Of a stretch of DNA of 64,000 nucleotides, positions 48,130 through 62,284 are shown one piece after another (within the stretch, counting starts at the first letter, position 1; each line of letters starts with the position of its first letter). A program made the translations under genes and the position numbers. The notes below the pieces were generated by a model. That model made no database searches and was not told where the DNA came from. It was given only the letters and a program-made list of their open reading frames with translations. The DNA lies in the NCBI RefSeq assembly GCF_001194135.2, contig NC_068981.1, positions 40,361,821 through 40,425,820 on the forward strand, in the 5' to 3' direction. This DNA comes from Octopus bimaculoides (Eukaryota).

Positions 48130-49500
48130 CCACTCTGTAACAGATTAATATTGATTTCCAATTTTGGCACAATACCACGTATTTTTGGGTGGGGAAACGG
48201 AGAATATGGTCGATTAAATCGAAAACAATACTTGATTGATATTTTATCGACTACAAAAGGATAAAATGCAGTAAGAGCTGAACTCAGGAAAAGAATTGGC
48301 AAGAGAGCAGTCTTGAATTTTTAAGAAAGGTACATAGGATATTAAAACGTTCATATTTTTTTTTACCCAATGCAAAAGCGAAACGGGTGCGATTGCAGTT
48401 TACCCTTGACTTACTGTGAGTTTAATTCTGGTTTTATGAAGCTCTCATATCACAACAAATTTATATGCAGCTGGAATAGTAAGACGTCAGATGTTTTTAT
48501 TCCAAGCTTAAATCTCAATGGGTTCGACTTCTTGCGGGGTCGATAAAATAAATATCTGCCAAAAACGATGGTCTATCTAATTGACTGGGTACTTTCTAAA
48601 AATATTGGTTTCAAATTTTGGCACAAGGCCAGCAATTTCGAGGAAGTGAGTAAGTCGGTTACATCGACCCCCAGTGCTAGATTGGTACTTAGTTTATCGA
48701 CGCCGAAAGGATGAAAAGCAAAGTCGACTCCGGTAGTATTTGAACCCAGAACATAAAGACGGACGAAATGCCGCTAAGCATTTTTCACGGTGTACTAACG
48801 ATCCTGGCAGCTTGCCGCTTTACTCCCTAAAAATGTTGATCTTCTTTGTGTTCTTAATCATAACACTTCATTTCACGTCACTCCAGTCTACTCAGCTGGC
48901 AAAAATGAGTAACACTGTGATGGACTGGCGTCCCGTCCAGGTGGGGATTTTATATGCCATGGAAACCGGGAAACCAGACTTTATGAGTTCGTATGACTCG
49001 AGAAGGAAACGTTAAACATGTGAAGGCACATAGCTCGGTAGTTAGAGTGTCGGGCTTACAATCATGAGCTAGTGAGTTCGATTCTTCCCGGACCGGGCTG
49101 TGTGTTGTGTTCTTGAGCAAAGCACTTTATTTCAAGTTGTTCCAGTTCACTCAACTGTAGACATGAGTTGCGACGTCACTGGTGCCGAGTTATATTGGCA
49201 TTTGCCTTTCCCTTCGATATCAGTGACATGGAGAGGGGAAACTGGTATGCATGAGTGACTGCTGGTCTTCCATAAACAACCCTGCCCGGACTTGTACCTC
49301 GGAGGGGAACTTTCTAAGTGCAATCCCATGGTCATTCATGACCGAAAGGGTCTTTATATAAAAGCTCTAATACTGAGACAAGATTGTAAATTTAGGTAGG
49401 AAATATTCGATTGAAATCAGCTCTCAATATTGACAGGTATTATATTTTATTAACTCCGGAAAGATGAAAACCAATGCTGAAGTGTGTATGAAGCTAGAAG
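48130..49500. mobile_element. Second SINE cluster (family A at ~48130-48310 -, 48440-48600 +, 48601-48821 -; family B at 48845-49015 + and 49022-49356 +)
   Basis: Family core sequences. Confidence 0.8.
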
Positions 49501-49729
49501 TGTTGTAAATTTTTGCTAGTATTGAATATAACATCGTATAATAGTGAAATACGCACGACTATATTTCAATTACATAACTATTTCTCCTCGAATAAATACA
49601 TTTGAGAAAGACGTGTACATCTTGTTTCCTCTCACTTATTCTAAATTTGAGTCGGTACGCTTCGGAAGAAGATCAATATGGAGGAAATTATGAAACCGTT
49701 TCTGAAACGTTTTATCTAGACAGGCTTTA

Positions 49730-49805
<76 letters not shown>

Positions 49806-50294
49806 GTTGTGTTTTTTTTTTTTAAAGATTGTTCTGCTCTTGCAAAATTTAGCTCAATCTAGTTAAAAGATTTATAGAACTTGGTTAATGCTTAAATGAG
49901 TTTCCTCAACTGTCACGCATCTCAGAAACAATCAATTTTGATTCTACTTAACTTCAATGATTTATCGGCAGACCAGTATTTCCAGGATCAATTCACCATA
50001 TAAACTATAATACAAGACAATATAATTGTCGGTTCATCTTCGGTTATAGTTCGCTATTTCTATAACCATGCTTTATTTATTTATTTATTTATTACATGTA
50101 TTATTTGTGCTTTAAAAAGTTTTTCACTTGCTCTTTATATATTCTATAATGTTTTTCATCTTCATCCCACACTTCACACACTACATACATACAAACATAC
50201 ATACATACACACACGTGCATTGTTAACTGTCAAAAAAAAGAGTACTGAATACTGTAATAGAGATGAATGACATTTTATTTTGGTCGAGTCTGAG

Positions 50295-50508
50295 TGGCAA
50301 GCTTGCAGAATCGTTAATACGCCGGACAAAATACTTAACAACATTTCGTCCAACTTTACATTCTGAGTTCAAATTATTCCGAGGTCGACTTTGCCTTTTA
50401 TCCTTTTGTAAGTGTTGATAAAATAAGTACTAGGTGAGCACTGGGGTCAATGTAATTGATTAGCCCGCTCCCCCAAATTTCAGGCCTTGTGCCTACAGTA
50501 GAAAGAAT
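50295..50508 (+). mobile_element. Family-A SINE
   Basis: Head, core and tttcaggccttgtgcctacagtagaaagaat tail. Confidence 0.85.
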
Positions 50509-51799
50509 TTTGTGTCTGGTGAAACTCGACTCTCCCCCCACCCACCTCCATCCCAACCTCTCCTTAATTTGTAGCCTTATACATTCGTGACAAATTGTTA
50601 TTTTTTTTTTTTAAATACGTTTTCGATTGTCAGGAGAACAGATGGTGCGATTTCATTCACACATCTAGGTTCCTATGCCAGATATCATGTATTGTTTTCT
50701 ATTCAAACCCGAAATATGTTTCTCTATTTCAAAAACAGTTATTCCAAACAAAGAGTGTTGTGCTCCCTATCTCGTGAGCTGAGTTTGCAAGCTGACTCTA
50801 ATTCTCAGTTAAAGCTAAATCACTTCATTATACGCCGCTAGTTCTCTTGGAAAAGTCATGACTACATTTTTCTCTTCATCACTCTATCGATTTATACATT
50901 CTCTTTCCCGAGTAGAAGTACTTATGAAAAAGTACATGCTTCGTAAAGAATGACAGAAGTCGAATTTCGAAATGACTTTTATTCTCGGTTGCTTCTCATT
51001 TCCTCACTCCAGGATTCTTACAATAAATATCAATAATGTACCCAGTTAGGGTGTTTCGGCAGCATATCGATTAAACATCACACTTTTAAAACAAATGTAC
51101 TCTAGCGCCTCACCAAATTTTTTTTACAATACAGACCTGACCTTTATAATGTGAAATTGTTTGCTTACTTACAGACTTTGGGTACAAATCTCACTGTAAT
51201 CAAAACAAATTAGGGTAAATTTCTATTTAAGAATCATCGTGTTTTGAGTATTGAATTTGTCATTAAAAAAATAATATCAAAATATTTTATTACAAGAATT
51301 TATACTGAATGCAAAGTATATTGCTATCGGTTTGTATAGATTAAAAGCAGGAAAAAATAGGCTGATGTGAAAATTATGTCTTTTCTTAAGATATATTAGT
51401 CTGAGGAAAAGAGAGTTACATGACCCTCAACAGATCAACCGACTATACTGTACTTATCCTAGAGTGTAGTGTTTCTTTTCGAGGGTCCTGTATGCTGGGT
51501 GTGTGAGAATTGAAAAGGAGGCAGACAAATTGTCATGTTTAAATACAGTTAAGATGGTTTGCAATATTTAATTTATCAAATACAATGGCAAAGAAAGAAG
51601 AATTACATGAGGGCAAAATCTGTTTTGTTTTCTCATTAAAATTAAAAAGAGACGATAATGTCACTAATATTTTGGTGAGGATCTTGTCAGTTTGAGAACT
51701 TCTATAATAGTTAAAAGCTCCCGTCAGTCAGGGCCGACCATATTTTTGCATTTACAAGACTGAGCAAGGATTTTCTTGTGGAAGACAAGCAGTTGCCAC

Positions 51800-52100
51800 C
51801 ACATGCAAATCTCTCCTGTCCACACTGCCAATGTTTTCCAAGAGAAAGACCACTGAAATACATTTGATGTTTAGTTCGAAATTTAACGGGTTAGTATTGG
51901 AGGAAAACGGGATTAGGGAGTTGATACTAGGGATGGTATTGAATAAAAGTTTTAATATGGAATTTTGTGTCTCACCTACTAAACAGGTGTGTCGAAAGAG
52001 GATTGAGGGTGACAGTTTGTTTCCAGAAAAAAAGTAGAAGAGATACTGGAAAAATTAATCAGTACAGTCCTGATTGCGTATGTGAGTGGTGTCTATATTA
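51800..52100 (+). mobile_element. Possible very old CR1/L2-like RT remnant
   Basis: KTTEIHLMFS...LILGMVLNKSFNM loosely follows the post-YADD region. Weak. Confidence 0.25.
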
Positions 52101-52680
52101 CACCAGATTTGTGAACAATAATCTAACATAGATAGTACTTTTGTTATCTAAAAGGTGAACAATTGCAGTGACAACTAATCTGAATGATGTCGTCTTGGAT
52201 ATAATAGGAGAGCGCGCTATTGCATCGATGATGCGGTCTAATAATACCGAAATTTGACTAGAGTTGTCACTGCACTGCCAAATATAAAATTCAGTTTCCA
52301 CTGCACCTTGTTTGCAATAAAATCTAATCAGTTTAAATTACTGTCGATAGTATCACTATGACCTGGTGTGCCGATCGCTGGCTCATGGACTGCCGAAGAT
52401 ACTTATATAGAGAGAAATGCATGACAGGACTCGTCATGTTGGCGCTCCGAGGCTACGATAAACTAAATCAAAGCTTTCATCCACTCTTACTGCTTTTCTT
52501 TATGTATTTCTTTACATGAGATACTCCAATTTAATATTGTTCCATATTAGTGTCGCAGTATGTTTAAGACCTGCTGCTTGTGATAAATCATTAAAAATTT
52601 AGAGAGTACTTAGAGCGTCGTATGGAATCCCTTTATGCGTTATGTGTTCAGGTTCTATGTCAATGTTTACTTTGCTTGCC

Positions 52681-52757
<77 letters not shown>

Positions 52758-54420
52758 TATAAAGCTAACTTTGTAAAATTTTAACCCAGAACGGGTAGCC
52801 TAAGGGATACCGCTTGACACTCAATTGACACTACAAACTTGATTCCTTCGTCCTATTTTTAATATCTCTGCAAAATCGCAGATGATCTTTGATGTTTGTC
52901 CATGGTAGGTTTTTTATTTTATTGCTGGACGTCTGGCAACTAGATTGAACTATTTCTGCAATAAACCTCTTAATGTCTTAGCGGAGAATTTTACTGCTGC
53001 TAGTTACTGTGCTTGCACAGTACTGCTAAATGTAAACGATGATGTAACGCTAAGACGATGAATCATACAATCAGTTTGAAGGTTTGTGATACGATGTTCG
53101 CCTGATCTGCTAGATGATTTGTATTCACCTGTATGATGAAAACTGTCCAGGTAGCACTAATAGATATTTTTATCTGAGGTGATACATAACTGACTAACGG
53201 CTAGGAAAATTATCAATTCAACGGAAAGAATCAATTTAAGCTCACTTTTTCAAACGATAATAGTTTAATAAATTTATGAAATGTTGATGCCTCTTGCAGT
53301 CTCATAAATATCAAATAGAAGATGAAATAGAAAATAATATTTCATTATTCATATATTATAATAGATTAACTTTATAACTAGCAAATATTTAATAGGTAAT
53401 CAGTTTTCATTTTTATATATAAAAAAAAAAATATTGAGAAAAATACTAAATTTCCTCTTTGTGTTCAAACATATGACCAAACTGTATACATACATACATA
53501 CACAAGCATACAAACATGTATACATACATACATACACAAGCATACAAACATGTATACATACATGCACATATATAAGCATACACACGTACACATACACACG
53601 CGCGCACACACACACATATACACGTGCGCGCAGGCGTGTATCATAGTCAGGGACCAGGTCGTAGATGTGCGACGAAATGTTTTGATACTTCATAATAGAC
53701 TGTAAAATTACGAAACGAACAAAGAAATGAATATAACAGCTTTCATGTCGTTAAATAATGTCTAAATGATTTCCACGCGATAACTTTTACAAGCAAACTC
53801 GCGCGCGCGCGCATGCATATTTATGTGTTTGTATGTGCTTATTCGTGTGCGTGTGCGTGTGTAAACATGCATTCAGCTCTGTCAGTAAATTTGCAGATTA
53901 CAATGCGCATCTACGCTTTATGACAAAATTTATGTGTATATGTGTGTATGTATTTGAGTGTACGTGCGCGCGCGCGCGTGTATGTATGCATGTATGTATG
54001 TATGTAGGTAGGTAGATATGTATTCCAGGGCCGGATCGACACAACTAATTACTATCAATATGGAGTTTACCAACGCATCGCTTCTGTAGTGAAGCGTGCG
54101 GACTGCACAGAGAGGTCACTTTCAGGATGGAGATGAGACAAATTTGGCCAAGGCTGGCATTACGTTTGAGGAAGAGGGGAACCAAGCTGGCAATTTGTAC
54201 AGGCGACTTAAAACACACTACGTTACTCTACTGCAACGCTATGCATATTCTTACAGCTGAAAGTTATATCCTTTGGCAGGTTATACGTGGCGCCATAACC
54301 AAGTCTTGATCATCATAGCTAGTGCACAAATAATAATATAACAGCATCACTGTAATGAGAATTAACGGCAAGCCTGTTTTCCTGAAGAGAGGCCGAGAAA
54401 AGGTTACTCAGAGTATAGAC

Positions 54421-54907
54421 CGGTGGTTCTCAATCAGGGTTCAAATGTCCTTTGAGGTTTTATATAAGAATTTTTTGTTGAAATTTATGTACAATAAATT
54501 GGTTATACTTCTACGATACACAGAATATTTCAACCATATTTTCATACAATTCTTAATAATGATTTCAAATTTTGGCACAAGGCCAGCAATTTGGGTGCGG
54601 GGGTAAGTCGATTGCATCGATCTCCAGCGCACAACTGGTACTTATTTTATCGACTCTGAAAGGATGAATAGTAAAAATCGACCTCGATAGAATTTGAACT
54701 CAGAGCATGGATGACGGACGAAATGCCGCTAAGTATTCTGCCCGGCCTGCTAACGATTCTGCCAGCTCGCCGCCTTGTACAACTCATAATAATAGTCACT
54801 TATAAAAATATAATAGGATTTTTTAAACATCGAATGGCCAAGAGTGGGGCCGTCCGAGTAAATTAGGAATCAAAGGAGTCCATAGGTAAAATGGTTGAAA
54901 AACACTA
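54421..54907. mobile_element. hAT/Charlie-like MITE carrying a nested family-A SINE (54561-54776, -)
   Basis: Ends cggtggttctcaatc ... ggttgaaaaacacta; 8-bp flanks gtatagac / gtgcagac (6/8 match), fitting the NTCTAGAN-type hAT target. Confidence 0.75.
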
Positions 54908-54934
54908 GTGCAGACTAAAGAAAGCAGAGGTAGA

Positions 54935-55330
54935 GACTTCTGGACAGAGCTAATGACTTGTTGCTGCTGGATGTGAGGAACACAGCCGTAATCCCAATTC
55001 AAATTGCATTAAAAAGCAACGCTAACAGCTCTATAGAATGGTTTGATCTAACAATACGAAAAAGTCCGAATTGTAGAGTTAACAGTGCCTAGGGAAGGCA
55101 GGAGAGTGTGGGTACATGAAAGGAAATGATTAAGATAGGAACTCATAAGGCGTGTGAGGCACAAGAATAGCAATGTACTCGTATAGTGCTTCTAGAGGAG
55201 ATGGCATGTCGTGGATTTGTAATTAAATCAATGGTGTCCGTCCGACTTTGTCAATGAACTTGGGAGAAACGGTAGAGCCACGGTTTGCGAACTGCAAAAG
55301 GAAGCAGAGAAAATTTAACCGTCGATATGG
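54935..55330 (+). mobile_element. Third HERO-like REL LINE fragment
   Basis: NDLLLLDV...IPIQIA, IVELTVPREG...HERK, EEMACRGF. Confidence 0.7.
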
Positions 55331-56332
55331 TAAGAGTTTGTGAGAGAAAGACAAAAGCTGAAAGTATAAAATAAATCCTCAAAAATAAATAATTATTAGG
55401 TGGCTGCTGTTGCTCCTATTTTCGTAAAGTGATTGCATAGATGACAGCAAGAAAGATGCATTCTGTGATATGGGTCAAAAAGAACCTTTACATTCCCTGA
55501 TAGCATCAATACTATTCAGTATACCTGGAACGAGTGGTTCTGTTAGGTGATTAAATCGTTGCGATCCTCTGTCAACAGCTGATGAAGTGTAAGCTCTATG
55601 GAAGTTGATTTTTGTGGATTTTTTTAATGAATTACTCAGAGACAATAGCACTAACTTTTTTTTTTCGGGATCACTGACACTTATATGGGGAATGAAAGAG
55701 GATAAAAAAAAAAGGCATGACTATTGTGTTTGAATCAGGTCTAATTCTGGTCCGACTGCTTGCAACTAAGTGGATTCCACTAAAAACACCGAATGGTGTT
55801 AAAGAGGGTGAAGAAATGAATTTAACACCTAAAGATAGATATAGTCCATCGGAGGGACTTCCACGCATAGTCTGTCCATGGAATTCCATTTACAACACCG
55901 GGTCAACCCGTGCCGACAGTAGAAGATAACTTTGCCTAAAATGTTGCACAGTGGGATCAAACGTGGTCTCACAGGATTACCAAACAAACTTATTAAATAT
56001 ACAGCCATGCCGGCGCTCCAAAGGACGAACGTTCAAATGAATAGAAGCGAGAGCTCAGTTGTAAGTTTGAACCCGAGTCTGGTTAATTGACGTATTCGAG
56101 TAATTACCGCCCTACCACAATACGTAAAGCAACTGTCAGCTTTGTTATTAAACGTTTACATGAGGAATTCTATTAAATATGGCAAATATATTTTCTCTTG
56201 CTTCTCTTCAAAGAATCGGATATAATCTTCCCGAATGTTACCTATAATATAGGCTTGACCAGTAATATTTAAAATATAAATCGCTTTGTGGATATACCCC
56301 AACCACTATAAATAAATAAACAACCACCCATC

Positions 56333-56396
<64 letters not shown>

Positions 56397-56689
56397 GTAT
56401 ATGTATATATATATATGATCGTTTTGTGAGAATTAGTATTAACTGAATTATGAACATGCACACACACATGTACACATTAAGCATACTTTATACCACCGAG
56501 TCGCGTGAAAAAAATATCCCTTTCAGTAAAAATTCTCTTGTACCTTTATTTATGAGCCACAGAAACTACCATTTTAAGGCTGCAAGTGTCGCAAGATTAA
56601 CTAACAGTAACAGTAGTATTCTTAACGTAATAATGAACATGACGAGAGCACTACTTGCACTGCTACTGGTTTGACTGTAGTGCTCCTAG

Positions 56690-57154
56690 ACATAAGCAGC
56701 AGCAGCAGCAGCAGCCGCTATTGGTAAATTACAGTTAGGCGAGCTTCAGCTGAACTAGTCGTCAGCTCTGTCAGTCGCTGGATTTGGCTGTGATGTGTAG
56801 TGTTTGTTATAAGCTGAACTCTCCACTTCCTAATGCTAGCGCCGGCGTGTTGTGTGTACAGGATACACACACAAGCTTTATTCTAATCAACGAAAACATT
56901 TCTTTTCATTTACAAACAAGGAATTGACTGTATGTGTAGATAATTTTTTTAATCGAATTTAGAGTGCAGAAGTAAAATTTCAAAAACAAAGCAAAAAAAT
57001 TAAAAAAAGAACTTTATTTTAAGTTGTAATTTATTATATCTATTTTAATGTTATTCGAAACACTACGCAAACGTTTTCTGTTAGAATACACAGTGTTGGT
57101 CTTATCCAGTGAAGATCTTTGACTTCAGTTTCCTTTACATCTGCTTATTCCATC
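56690..57154 (+). promoter_or_regulatory. Putative TSS region and 5'UTR of the KCC-like gene
   Basis: (CAG)n tract, local CpG enrichment and Inr-like TCAGTC at 56771-56776. An alternative acceptor ttttctgttag at ~57083 would allow an upstream non-coding exon. Confidence 0.4.
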
Positions 57155-57371
57155 ATGTCGTCCCCTCCACAGAGATTCACTGTCGTAGAAGCTGATGAAG
57201 AAGTCCCACTTGGCGAGGTTGGTGAATCAAGTCCAACTAAAGGTAATGACAGCAAGGGGAACCAACAGCGCGATTATGGATCTGTACCTTCATCTTCTCC
57301 AACATCCCCATCCGGAGAAATACCAACTATTAGAATCATTGATGACAACAACGGGAAATCTGCTAACTACG
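57155..57371 (+). CDS. First coding exon, probable K-Cl cotransporter (SLC12A4-7/KCC-like) N-terminus
   Basis: MSSPPQRFTVVEADEEVPLGEVGESSPTK...GKSANY (72 aa), then G|gtaggt, a strong phase-1 donor. RFTV is an SPAK/OSR1-docking RFxV motif placed as in KCC2a (MSRRFTV) and KCC1 (MPHFTVV). No transmembrane exons lie in the window, so the family call is inferred. Confidence 0.65.
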
Positions 57372-58371
57372 GTAGGTCTTTCTTTCTTCCTTCTCAGTTT
57401 CTAGCATTCTTCATTCATTCATTCATTTCTTGTTTATTTGTTTCTATTGTATCTAAATGAGATGTTGGCGAGTGCCAAATAGATTATACTGCAACCATAT
57501 TACATCACAAGAATACTAGATCTTTCCTTATGGTCATTTCAAGGTAGAAATTCTTCAACATTAATCTAACCTTGAATGGAAAATTTGCGGATATTTGTAA
57601 TTTCCCAAATCGCTTTTTAAAATCTTCCTAAGTTCTGATTTCTCGCTTTCTGTGTTATCAATGTATTATGGATATTATTGATTTCTGTCTGAGGCACAAA
57701 GCCAAACATTTGTAGAAAGAAATGGGATTGTGTGGAGTTCATCCATTTCTTGGTGGTCACAAATAGCATCATTCTTAATAACTATCAAGGTTAGAAATTA
57801 TAATTGTTACTACGAAAGGATTCGTCTTCTCCCTATCATTATTCCTTCAAATTGCGTGCTTAAAAGAACACAAAAGAAAACTTGTGGAAAATACAATTGA
57901 TATCTGAAAGATGTTGCGACGTGGTTAACTGGTGTTGTAATATATGCAGTGGGGTTCAGAATTTGGAAAGAAAACCAAAAAAGAGAAATAGGTAGCACTG
58001 TCATTTTTATCAAAATACGTATGAAGTAAGAAAGACTAGTTGTTGGTGGGTAGTTGAACAGGAAAATGGTTGCGATTCTTATATATTTTTAATTTTTAAT
58101 TATTCTATTAAATTCGGCGTAGGGTCATAGAGGAACATTTAAACAATTATTCATTTGTTATTATGACGTGGAAGTCTATGAATAAAGTCAGTGCTTGTGT
58201 TGTAGTGTTTGGTGTGTGCGCTTGTGTTTTAGAGTGTGTGTGTGTGTTCGTAAGGGGTGAGGACAGAGTAATTAAGGGGTAGATTAGTCAGATCTTCCTC
58301 CATTTCCGCCCCCATCCATGCTATGTTTTATTCGTTTATTTATTATCAATATTATTATTGTTATTATTATC

Positions 58372-58407
<36 letters not shown>

Positions 58408-59569
58408 GCTGTTATTATTGACTTACTAGGATCTTGCGTCGACACTTAAATCTTTCAAGTTGTATTCATTGTTGTTGTAATCAGTTCTGCTACTTAAACC
58501 TATACTCACTTAATTAGTACTGTCATATTCCAAATTAAGATAGATAGATAGATAGATAGATCGTGCGTGCGTATGTAAGTGCGTGCGTATGTAAGTGCGC
58601 TCGTGGCGCGTGTGTGTGAGCGTAATCAATGTTTCTCAAGAACATTTGCTTTGCGGGGAAATAGTCATTTGTGAGGGATCGAGAAAAAAAAAACAACATA
58701 TGAATAAACAATAAAAATAATTTAATGTAAAACCCCTCAAAAAAAATCTGTTCGATGGCCTTTTTCATTCTCTCTTTCCTTTTTTCTTTTATATATTTAT
58801 ATATATATTTGATTTGTCAAGGATCAGTTAGCAATGTTTTCATCGCTTCCTGCAACAGAAAATGCGGCGAGGGAGGGGGAGAACACATGACCAGCAATTC
58901 TGTAATGACAGGTGTCAGTCGACAAAGATGTCTAACTGGTGTTTAAATTTTTGTAAAACGATTCCTTCTTTATATTTACGTTTCATTTTACATTTATTTT
59001 GTAGTGGTTACTGGTCACCGGAATAATTATTAGACAAAACAAACAAACAAACAAAAAATACCAATTAGGAGCAAAGAAATTTTCTAGCTTCATGTTTTTC
59101 TTTCAATAAATATTTTTTTAAAAGTTCCAACAATAATTGAGATAAATCCGAAATTCTATATTTCTCTGTATCCTCGTATTTAATTATTTATTTCTTGCCT
59201 TCTTTTCGGGTTTCGTTGCATTTTATTTCACAAAATATTTACTATTTCTTTGTTTTGCAATCAAAACACGACGTTTCTTTACTTCTTTCTACGCTTTATT
59301 TTATTTACGTTTTTTAATTCTTTTTGTCACTTTTGAGAGAAGAGATTAAGTTAAACGTCATCCAATCTTAGCCAACAGAATGAACAGAGATAGGCACGAT
59401 CTGCTTAAAATACCAATAAATCCATTCCTCACATCATTTGCTACCGTCTTTTACAAGGACACTTTTTCAATGAAATCTAAGGTGCAGTGTCTTAAGACAC
59501 GATGGTCAAAGCTGGAGCAGCTAAGATCATCTCAGCGGCGCTCGATGGGGGGATCACTAAAACAACGAC

Positions 59570-60336
59570 ATAGCATATATACATTGGTTGTATATATGTG
59601 CAGACGTTCACGAGCATTTGTATTAATATGCAAAAGTTTATATATGCATTTACGGATGCTATGCACAATATCGTATGTACGTATATAGCTACGGGTGTAC
59701 ATGCACGCAGGTATGCATATGAGGGCATTTACATATATTGATGTAAATGAATATAAGCATATTGGTGTAGATGTATATGGATATACAGTTACACCAATGT
59801 ATGTGCATATGAACGATGTACATTGGTGGATGCATATATATAGCATATATAAACACATATGCATAATGGTGTGTGTGTGTGTGTTACATACACAAGTTCA
59901 TATAAGTATGTGTGAGTGTTTGTGCACAAAAAGATATAGACGTGTGTGTGAGTGTATTCGAATATTACGATGTGTATATTTGTGTAGGTAGATAGATAGA
60001 GAGAGAGAGAGAGAGAGATAAGAGACAGAGAGAAAGAGATAGATAGATATAGATACATTGAAAATTCAATATTAACTTATTACCTTCAAGTTATACATTG
60101 TTATTGTAAAGATTTTTCATATTTCTTTATTACTACCGAAGATTAAACTTGACCATTAGTTATGCTTATAATATAAAACGTTTGAGAAAAAAAACTGTAT
60201 TTAGATAAACACGGACATAATCATATTGGTATGCTTATCTGTGTGTGTGCGTGCAAATATTCATATCTGTGTATCATCCACCTCTGGATATATATATATA
60301 AATATATATATGTATATATACACACACAGACGCACA

Positions 60337-60378
<42 letters not shown>

Positions 60379-60824
60379 GGGCGCATATAATAATTATATA
60401 TATATATATACATATATATAATATATATTTATATACATATATGCATATAATATATATTTACATGCGTATAATATATATATATATACATGCATATAATTAT
60501 ATCTATATATACATGCATATAATATTATATATAGATGCATATAATATATATATATATAGATAGATAGATGCATATAATATATATATATACATATATATAG
60601 TTCTATATAATATATATATATATACATATATATATAGATGCATATAATATATATATATATACATATATATATACATGCATATAATATATACATATATAGA
60701 CATGCACATATATATATAATGTATGTATACATAATACGTGTGTGTGAGTATATATATATGCATATAATTATGCATTTATATGTATATGTGTACATATACA
60801 TATATATGCATTACACAATAAATA

Positions 60825-60869
<45 letters not shown>

Positions 60870-60900
60870 TACTCACATATATACACATACACACATATAA
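59570..60900. repeat. Long AT-rich low-complexity tract with repeated ATGCAT/(TA)n units
   Basis: Direct reading; all Y/I/M/C-rich ORFs here are artefacts. Confidence 0.9.
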
Positions 60901-61290
60901 ATATGAAAACAAATATTTAAATTTAGATTTATATACATTTCTAAATTATTAATTTTGATAAATATATATCTCCAACCCCGTCCTCATTTACTGCTTGCTT
61001 TCCATATTTGCATGTGTTGAATGCATCTTCATAGAGAGAATAAGCATGGATTCAAGAGTGCTGCTCACCTACATAGGTTGACAGATCTCTTCTTGCATCC
61101 ATTTCATTTTGTCTTTAGATGCTACAGCATCATAACATAGCAAACACCATCCACTTCACAAAGTTAAATGAATGCATTTGTTTGTTTGTTTTTGGGGGGG
61201 ATTTTTGTCTTTTTTTTTTTTTTGACACCAGTATGAAGTGTCTCAACCTTGACAAAAACTATGAAACTCTCAAATTCTCATACTTTAGAG

Positions 61291-61609
61291 CAGGAATCAG
61301 GGGAGCTTTTTTTAACCAATTACCCCAAAATATAGTTATTTACACTGACGTTATCCATTTGATTTGAAAGGAAGAAAATCATAGATTCTTTAAATTCAAA
61401 AGGTTTATTGAATCTGTTTATATGAATCTATTTAACATCCATTACATTGGATAGATGCAATTTTGCCAGAAGAAAAATTTCTGTCATAACAAGGAACACA
61501 TTTTTTTTTTTTTTATGTAATTTTACTTATGCCTAATGAGTCCTCATTACCCCAAGAATTTCATTTTTACCCCATTTGGAGTAATTTACTCTTGGTTCGC
61601 CAACCCCTG
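61291..61609. mobile_element. Probable hAT-like MITE
   Basis: Right end ggttcgccaacccctg; flanks ctttagag / ctctagcg (6/8 match); left TIR degenerate; internal ttacccc repeats. Confidence 0.5.
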
Positions 61610-62132
61610 CTCTAGCGAGTGGTGTACATTTATATGGGGTGTATTTTTGCATGCACCAGCACTAGAAAGGTGGCTATGACATCAACATGACTGAAGATAC
61701 TTCAGAACACTATGGCTCTGCTCACTTACTAGCTGCTTTGTAGAAGCATGAGTGACAGAACATGAAGCATGAGTGACAGAAGTATAAATGGTAGCAATGA
61801 GAGGAATCTACCATAGGAGGTGAAGTGGTAGGAGTAGTCAATACTCTGCAATAAGTACTTTACAGTCAAGGCAACAGGCAAAGTGACTAAGATTTCAGAG
61901 AGATGACAGATGCCCATGTGATCAAAGATGTGAGGGAGAAGGAGGATGACTACTCTGGCAAAGTGACATGAGATGATGATTGGATGGGTGTACAGCAGTG
62001 GAGGGTGAGGAAGGAGTGAACTGGGCACAAGTAGTCTAAGGTAACCACTTATACACAGGTAATGCATTGTGCTGGAAGGGACAAGTGATGAGTGTTGTGA
62101 CAGGGGGGTGGTGGAAAGCAAGGGTGTCTTGT

Positions 62133-62168
<36 letters not shown>

Positions 62169-62284
62169 TGACACACATAAGTGTATATACATGTGTTTGT
62201 GTGTCTTATGTAATATGTATGGGTGTGTGTATAAATGTGTGTGTGAGTATATGTATATGTGTGTATGCATGTGTGTCTGTGTGT

